Shown: one piece after another, positions 57,361-64,000 of the stretch
How the letters are laid out: each line of letters opens with the position of its first letter
How positions within the stretch are numbered: position 1 is the stretch's first letter
DNA from: Flectonema sp. DT1601
Lineage: Eukaryota
DNA length: 64,000 nucleotides
Reading direction: 5' to 3'
Assembly (NCBI GenBank): GCA_964019425.1
Contig: OZ025798.1
Location: 496,001 to 560,000, forward strand
Program-made: the position numbers and the translations under genes
The notes under the pieces: model-generated
What the model saw: only the letters and a program-made list of their open reading frames with translations
The model's database searches: none
What the model was told of the DNA's origin: nothing

Positions 57361-57830
57361 GTGTAACAGTAGCACCACGTGAGACGTAAGTAAACCAGAA
57401 GTAAATAACATTTAAAAAAAAAAAAAAAAAAAAAAAACGTTCTGCAGTTTCAGAAGCCTTAATCTACTACTTGTCCACCGTAACCCGGGAAAATTATATA
57501 ATCAAGTACATTACATTACACTACGCATCATTGACAACAATAAAATTAAGAGTAACAGGTAAGGTTCACAAACATAATAGTTATTAAAATAGACATGCGT
57601 CAGGCCAATAGATACTTCGTCTAATTAGACACAAGTTACTAATGCGGGGTTCACACATCCAAAAACAGAAGAAACATATAGGGAGGTAACTTAATACTAT
57701 AATTAAATATAAAGCAACTTGAAACTGGCTAAAACAAATATGGCCACGTAAATTTAAAATTAGTATTTCTTTACACTTTAAAATCAAATTAGTATTAAAG
57801 GAAATTTTGAGAAAGAAAAATAAAAAAATA

Positions 57831-58025
57831 AAAACCATTCAGATAAGCCTTATATTTGTTAATCGCAGCTAGTTTTACTGGCGGCACAGGGAAATAGATA
57901 ACATGACATAATAAATAAACGGCTCTTAATCTGAATAGTTTCTTCTCCGACTTCGCCGGTGCAAAGGAAAAAAATGAAATATTTCTGGGAGGGGGTGAAA
58001 CCTTGACAATATAAAAACAGTAACA
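57831..58025. repeat. Dispersed repeat family B, copy 2
   Basis: 57831..57964 matches 13892..14040; 57990..58025 matches 22870..22912 (gggggtgaaac-ttgacaat...aaaacagtaacaa). Confidence 0.8.
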
Positions 58026-58409
58026 AATTAAAGTATTAAAAGTAATCCGGGAAATACGTTACTATCAGGTTGAGCGTTCTATGCCCTGCATAGGGAGGAG
58101 GGAAAACAAAAAAACAAAAAAAAGAGATCTCGCAAAACAGTACTACAATTGTAGCTCTCGCAATTGCTCTTTTTTTTTTTTTTTTTTTTTTTGAAAATGT
58201 GTACTAACTAACATGAATATGAAGGGGGAAAATAAAAAAGAGAGAGAGAGAGAGAAAAAAAGAGAGAAAGGCTGAAAACAACCGCAATACAGAATTTGTT
58301 AAATAAAACAAGATGAGATTAATTCACATTATTAACAGTGCATCGCTTTCAAGTATACCCTTTCTACTGGGTAATTAAAAATATGAGAATCTACCAACAC
58401 TATGAGATG

Positions 58410-58673
58410 TTAGTTCCCTTTTTGAAACCGTTCCTTGTGCCGGTGACGTTTTGCCTTTGAGGCCTCGAACTCAACAATTGCTTGTTCGATGTTTATTTTT
58501 GTGGGAATAACGCTATTGACTTTTTGGAAGTTGTCATATTTATTTTGAGTAATATATCTTTCGAACCTCATTCCCACAACTCCACATATGCCCATCATCC
58601 ACACTGCCAGGACGATTATTGAAAGTAAGTTTTGAACTCGTAAACTTCTTGGGGTTCCAGGTTCCGATCCCAT
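58410..58673 (-). CDS. Small single-pass membrane hypothetical protein
   Basis: 87-aa ORF starting at ATG with one hydrophobic helix. Same strand as all other genes, with a CAG about 20 nt upstream of the ATG. Confidence 0.5.
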   Translation of the reverse strand: MGSEPGTPRSLRVQNLLSIIVLAVWMMGICGVVGMRFERYITQNKYDNFQKVNSVIPTKINIEQAIVEFEASKAKRHRHKERFQKGN

Positions 58674-59064
58674 ATTTTCACCAAAAGAAATCTGTTTTAT
58701 ATTAAAAAAAATGTTTAAAATCGTTTATTTGATGCACACCTTCAGACTACTCATTCCTTTTTTTTTTTTTTTTTTGTTCCTTTTTTTTTTTTAAACATGT
58801 CTAAAATTAGATTTTTTTTTTTTTTTTTTTTTTTCCCATCAGTTGTCAACACTTGTACCAGACCACCGATTGTTAACTGCTGCCGCAAATTTTCTTACAA
58901 TTATATGAAAATCCCCAACCAGTACAAAAAAGACTTATCTTTGTGATACGGTTGTTGATGCTGTAGCGTATCACTAATCTTACTTAACAAAAGTAAACAT
59001 CATAAGTTGGGAAATCCTTGCAAGCAGTCAACATACGATACGTTGTGATGACATGAGAGGGATG

Positions 59065-60342
59065 TTAATTAGGCCACATGATTCGAGTGGTGACGCGGAC
59101 TAATTCTACGAAATGATTTTCTTTCCAATCCTGCCGCTCATATTCATGTTGAATTCTAATCAGAAGAGCGTAGTTTGGACCTAACGAACCAGTAGCCGTT
59201 ACAATCTGTTGAGCTGCTTGATGAACACTCGGAATGTTAGTGACGCCGTTGACTTTGAATGTAACGCATTGATGATGTGCTTCAGAATCTTGAGTGGCTT
59301 CAACTAATGTTTGAAATGTAGCTTTCTTTTCTTCAACAAGTTGTAATAAAGTATCACGAGATACCAAATAACAAACTCCCAAAGACATCGCATCCTCATC
59401 CTCAACTAGCCCTGCAATCAGTGCTGGTTTTGAAGGATTCCCCCACTCTGATGTTTCCTGAATACACATTTGAGTTCGATATTTCTTAAGTCTGGTGTAC
59501 TCAGCAGCAGTAAACACGATACTTGTGTTCCACATATCTTCACCACAGCAGAATAGAGGAATACTATCAGCTGGAAACTTATTAATAATCGACAAGACTG
59601 ATGTTTCAGATGAAGGCTGTTGAACAGATGTCAGAGCAGGAGTAACAGGATACTGTCTGTCAATATCAACACCGTATGGATCAGATTGAGTAGGATGTTG
59701 TGAGTAATCCAATTGTTGAATTCGTTGTTGTTCTTCCCATGGTAACATTTGTAAGTGAGCTTTACCTTTGATATGATTAACCCAACATGGACCACCAATC
59801 CATTTTTGACAAGTGTCACACCATTTACTTCCAGCTGCGACTCGTTCAGCTGCGAGACATGTTTCTCTTTCTGCTTTAATAAATAAGTGATCTTCATCAT
59901 AAGTTGATACTGCTAGTTTTTGTTTATGTTCAACTGACGCTACATGAGCTATAAGAGCATGTGCTGCTACGTACATCCCGCATACTGAGCAATCATACTT
60001 TATACAGTGTGAATCGTTTCCGTCTTGTACATCCTTTCTATATAATCCTTCAACATTAAACTTTGATTTGTCCACTAGGTATTCCTGTTGTAATCTCGTT
60101 CTCTTCTTTTCTTTTGGAGTTCCAATCTTCCTCTTTCTATTCTCCCTTGCGACTGCCTGTTCATGTTCGCTTTGTTCTTGAAGAGAAGACCAAATTTCAT
60201 CGGGAACTGTTACTTTCTTATTGGTAAATTTCCTACTTTTTAAATGCGATAAAGTTGTTGTTGCTGTCTGACATTGAGTACCCGTGGCTATTATGGTATA
60301 TACTTTTCCATCGTATTGAAAGATTCCATTCCCGGGGTCCAT
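59065..60342 (-). CDS. Two U1/matrin-type C2H2 zinc fingers plus a divergent ChaC-like (gamma-glutamylcyclotransferase fold) domain
   Basis: CSVCG...HVASVEH and WCDTCQ...HIKGKAH. ChaC-like segments: LFCCGEDMW, WGNPSKPALIAGL, SLGVCYLV, AAQQIVTATGSLGPNYALL. Confidence 0.72.
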   Translation of the reverse strand: MDPGNGIFQYDGKVYTIIATGTQCQTATTTLSHLKSRKFTNKKVTVPDEIWSSLQEQSEHEQAVARENRKRKIGTPKEKKRTRLQQEYLVDKSKFNVEGLYRKDVQDGNDSHCIKYDCSVCGMYVAAHALIAHVASVEHKQKLAVSTYDEDHLFIKAERETCLAAERVAAGSKWCDTCQKWIGGPCWVNHIKGKAHLQMLPWEEQQRIQQLDYSQHPTQSDPYGVDIDRQYPVTPALTSVQQPSSETSVLSIINKFPADSIPLFCCGEDMWNTSIVFTAAEYTRLKKYRTQMCIQETSEWGNPSKPALIAGLVEDEDAMSLGVCYLVSRDTLLQLVEEKKATFQTLVEATQDSEAHHQCVTFKVNGVTNIPSVHQAAQQIVTATGSLGPNYALLIRIQHEYERQDWKENHFVELVRVTTRIMWPN

Positions 60343-61690
60343 ATTTTAATATTAAACTAGAGTCAAACCGTAACAAAAGTTAAAAATACGAATTCACTAT
60401 AATATAGTCAACACTAAATCATTACCATTTGATTTAATGAAAATCAGATAGAATTGACTTTCCATGTGGGAGGGTGGGCTTTTCATCTTTTTACCTCACT
60501 TGGTAAAAACCACTCACAAGTGAAAAACCTGTATCTGATTTTGCATCTAAAACCGTCGTTTTTATTTTACGATAGGAGGCTTCGAAGGGAATATTTACCC
60601 CCGGCGGTCAATGAGCCATTCGTGTGCCTTTGCAAGCACAGATGATGACAGTTATCAATTCGAGGGATTACTTCCCCTTAGAGACTTGTCATTCAGAACA
60701 ATGTCTTTGGCTCGTGGTCAACTTTGAATTCAGCCAACTCTAGAAAACACGATTGCCAATGCAAGAAAGCCTTGCACAAAAAAAAGTAGTGTCTGCGGTT
60801 GCAGTCTTGGTATGAACTTCACGCTCAGCAGGGAGTGAAATATTGCACTTTTTTGATTCACTGCGAGTGTAAATTTTCCCTAGGAAGCCAGAGAGTAAAA
60901 TAAACTGTGTATTTATAAATAACAAGGAATATATCCAAATCTCCAAAAAAAAAAAACGGCCAAATCCTCCATCATTAGGGTACTCGATGTTTTTTTTTTT
61001 GTGTTTCTACAAAAAAAAAAAAAAACACCTCGTAAATTTTGGATTACGGGAAGAAAAAAGAAATTAACTTTCTGGTGCCCATCAATTTCATATTATCACC
61101 ACATCGTAACGTCTCGACCTCCGCCAGCTGGAGTCACACGCATACAAGAACTTGGGCAGATCAGGCCAAAGTTCACATTTCTAGTTCAGGCGCTACTTTC
61201 GCAGTGGTTCCACGACGTTCAACCTTTCCGTTCCAGGAACTTGTAGGAACTAGTAACGTACCTCATCTATAGAATATCCGTGACTATGGTGTTTACTTCC
61301 CCGGTTTCAAGCACCCACCTTGCGGATTTCATTTTACAGTCAAAATGCGGTGCTCTAATCCATCAGTTATAGAAAATCTTCCCATCTTTTTTTTATTTTC
61401 CAAAAATTGTTATACTTCCAAAGTTTTTTCTATACACCATGTTATTTTATAAATACAAGTAAATATAAATTTTTAAAAAAAAAAAAAAAAAAAATTGCAA
61501 ATCATTTGTTTTTTTTATTTTATTTTCTTTTTTTTTTTTTTTTTTGAAGAAACGTTTATAATAACAAGCGATAATCGCGAAACATTGTAACGAGATAACA
61601 CTAATATTAAGAAAAAGAGAGACAAAAAGGGAGAGAGGGATAAGTAAAAAGATACTGCTACGAGCAACGCAAACTTTTCTCCATGAGAAG

Positions 61691-62025
61691 GAGGGAAAAC
61701 GCTCCACTGCTTCGATTACGAAAAGCACACAGAAAATTTAGTTAGATAATTGGTTAGCTAGCTCGACATACCATCGAGTACCGGATAGATAGACACAACA
61801 GGGTGGAACGGTTAACAACCCGTGAATCCCCAATACTACGACTTTATGTCGAACCTGATCCCTGAGAAGATCACTTTTTTTAGCGTAAGCGAGGAAATCT
61901 AATGTTCGAGAGACACTGATACCTCAATGCTTCGGCCTTGACCGGTTCGCCAGCGAAATAACAAAGTTTGGGGAGAGGGAAAACGCTCCACTGCTTCAAT
62001 TACGAAAAGCACACAGAAAATTTAG
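61691..62025. repeat. 51-bp direct repeats 284 bp apart (repeat family C)
   Basis: gagggaaaacgctccactgcttc(g/a)attacgaaaagcacacagaaaatttag at 61691..61741 and 61975..62025; a diverged copy lies near 21145..21195. Confidence 0.85.
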
Positions 62026-62340
62026 CGTTGCTAAATTAACAGTTTATCACAAAAATAAATTAATGAAAAAAAATTAAATAAATAAAATCGTAATAAATAC
62101 CAAACAAATAACAGCTTTTCGTTTCGGAATACATCCCCTTGTGAGGGAATACCGATATTAGTTAGTACGTGTGTTTATTAAAAGAATGCGTTTCAGACAA
62201 ATAACATATTGAAAACAATAAATAAGTTATTATGCTGTTCTATATTTGAATAACACTGCAGAAAACGTAATTTCAGGCCACACGAGTATCAGTCAGTATC
62301 ATCAAGTAAGTTAGTTATTTAGATAGATAGCAATATACGC

Positions 62341-62713
62341 AACTGAGGACTACGAGATTTGAAATTGCGAAGATTGTAGTTTTATAGCTCCGGCTAGAAG
62401 TTAGTGATCGACTCCCAGCTGCCACCTTGCCCAGAAGCTAACAGGTTGAAAAACAACTAAAGAAAAATAAAAAGAGAAACGATCTGGTAAGGTGAAACAA
62501 AAAAAATTTAAAAAAAAAAATATTCTAGAAACTGCATTTTTCTTTATAATACGACTATGTGCCATATGCCCACATACCACGAAAGAAAATAGAAACCCCT
62601 GAACAGTACCGAGGATCGTTCACCCCAGATGTTCAAAAGCGTAATGCGAGCTTGTTGAAGTACCACAAAAACTGGGCAGCACATATTCATATCACTCAGC
62701 AACAAATGAAAAC
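62341..62713. repeat. Dispersed repeat family A, copy 2
   Basis: Aligns with 11142..11515 in the same orientation. Confidence 0.85.
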
Positions 62714-62831
62714 GTAAGACATATATTTATTTAATAGTATTTTAAATAAAAGAAAACATAAAAAAAAAAAAAAAAGGGAATTTCATTTTTTTTTTTTTTT
62801 TCAGGTTTCAATAAAGAGCAAAAAAACCTGG

Positions 62832-62873
<42 letters not shown>

Positions 62874-64000
62874 CCCCGGTTGAATAAAGCTTCTTTACTT
62901 GCAGGTCTTTTAAGGAGGTCTGATAGCAGGGTTCGGAGCGTATGTGAGCCTTTAACTGAGTTTATGTGATTTATTATAAGCAAGCAAACAATCATTTTTT
63001 TTTTTTTTTTTTTTTTAGAATGGAAATAACTCGTTAAGATTCCATCTACGTCTGTGAAGAGCAGAACATATTTCGGTAAACCCAAAACAGACGTCGTTCC
63101 AGTTATCGGTTATTTTTCACCACAAAAAAATGTTTTGGGTGACAAAGGGTTCTCAAATGATTAAAACTAAATCGAATATATAATGCATCGGTATTTAGTT
63201 AGAGGACAAAAAAAAAAAAAAAACCAGGCAAAAGAAAAGACAATCTGTCTCTTCTTGCACTGTCAGTAATGATGTGTTAGTTAGTACGCTATATATTAGC
63301 GGGGGGGAAGACTGTTTGATTAGGTTCATACGAATATAAATATCTGTATTGTTTCGGAACTCAATAATAAAATTAAAAAAAAAACTCATGACACAGTGAC
63401 TAAAATGTTAATACAGGCTAACACTCTGCAATTGACGTACTTGCTCTACATATAAACAATATTTCTACCTTGTCTGCATACATGTCTCTTTTTCCGTCTT
63501 GTCATTCAGTGCAGTACGGAATCGAGTTATTCAATTACGAATTAATCGTGAGCCCTGGGAAACCAAAACCAGGGTATAGTGTAATACGGCAGAGTGCAGG
63601 TTTCGCCTATAGTAATAAACAATCTTTGTAAAAAATAAAAATGAACATTTCTTAGTAAAATTCTTCATAAAAAAAGTTGTTAGCAACAATTGCTAGTTCG
63701 TAGCACACTACAACGGAGCACTCATCTTAAATAAATTAGGATAGTAATGTCCAAAATAAGTTGGAATAACATGAGGGGGTTACATAGTTCAACATTAGGG
63801 CATCAACGTCTAGAGTGAGAGAATTTTAATGGCAAAGTCCAGAGTGGGAGGTTATCAACAAATAAAGAAAAAATTCATCAATAAATCGTAAGTAATAGTT
63901 GATTTTTTCGGCCCTTCCCCTTACCCGGCCCTTTTCAGAAAGTAAGGGGGGACACCACGTTGTGTACTCATTACGTTTGCCCTTCTCAACAAAAGAACTA

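Noticed and set aside
61085..61330. GC-richer, coding-looking segment on the minus strand interrupted by several TAG codons (stop reassignment or pseudogene?)
   Set aside because: No recognisable homology, and TAG is a real stop in the AK, PhzE, WWE and thiolase genes.

Overview
AT-rich eukaryotic genomic DNA with long poly(A)/poly(T) tracts in the intergenic regions. About 21 protein genes, every one on the minus strand, with GT-AG introns. The gene content (leishmanolysin, kinetoplastid-type 'WNGLRLKMG' cyclase domains, single-hairpin AGA-box snoRNA) suggests a euglenozoan, probably a diplonemid; this is inference. Genes: giant M8 leishmanolysin, triple pseudo-adenylate-cyclase, PAN/Apple membrane protein, low-complexity repeat protein, acylated ankyrin protein, PWWP-TrmO fusion, LTA4H/M1 aminopeptidase, RIIa/Dpy-30 adenylate kinase, Vps23/TSG101, Hsp20-domain protein, Gly-rich protein, ALDH, bacterial PhzE-type TrpE-TrpG fusion with an intron, WWE-macrodomain protein, hemerythrin-like protein, DBC1/CCAR1-like protein, thiolase, CCCH-RING-FYVE, a small membrane protein and a zinc-finger/ChaC-like protein. 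Main observations: (1) the 122-bp tandem repeat inside the Hsp20-gene intron is an array of four AGA-box H/ACA-like snoRNAs whose pocket matches LSU rRNA helix 89; (2) all 14 introns I could reconstruct have A/C-rich, U-poor acceptors with no polypyrimidine tract, whereas putative trans-splice acceptors upstream of start codons are mostly pyrimidine-rich, and the introns cluster near gene 3' ends; (3) a phenazine-type PhzE enzyme in a eukaryote; (4) a PHD-like ORF fragment flanked by a 20-bp direct repeat; (5) several dispersed short repeat families.
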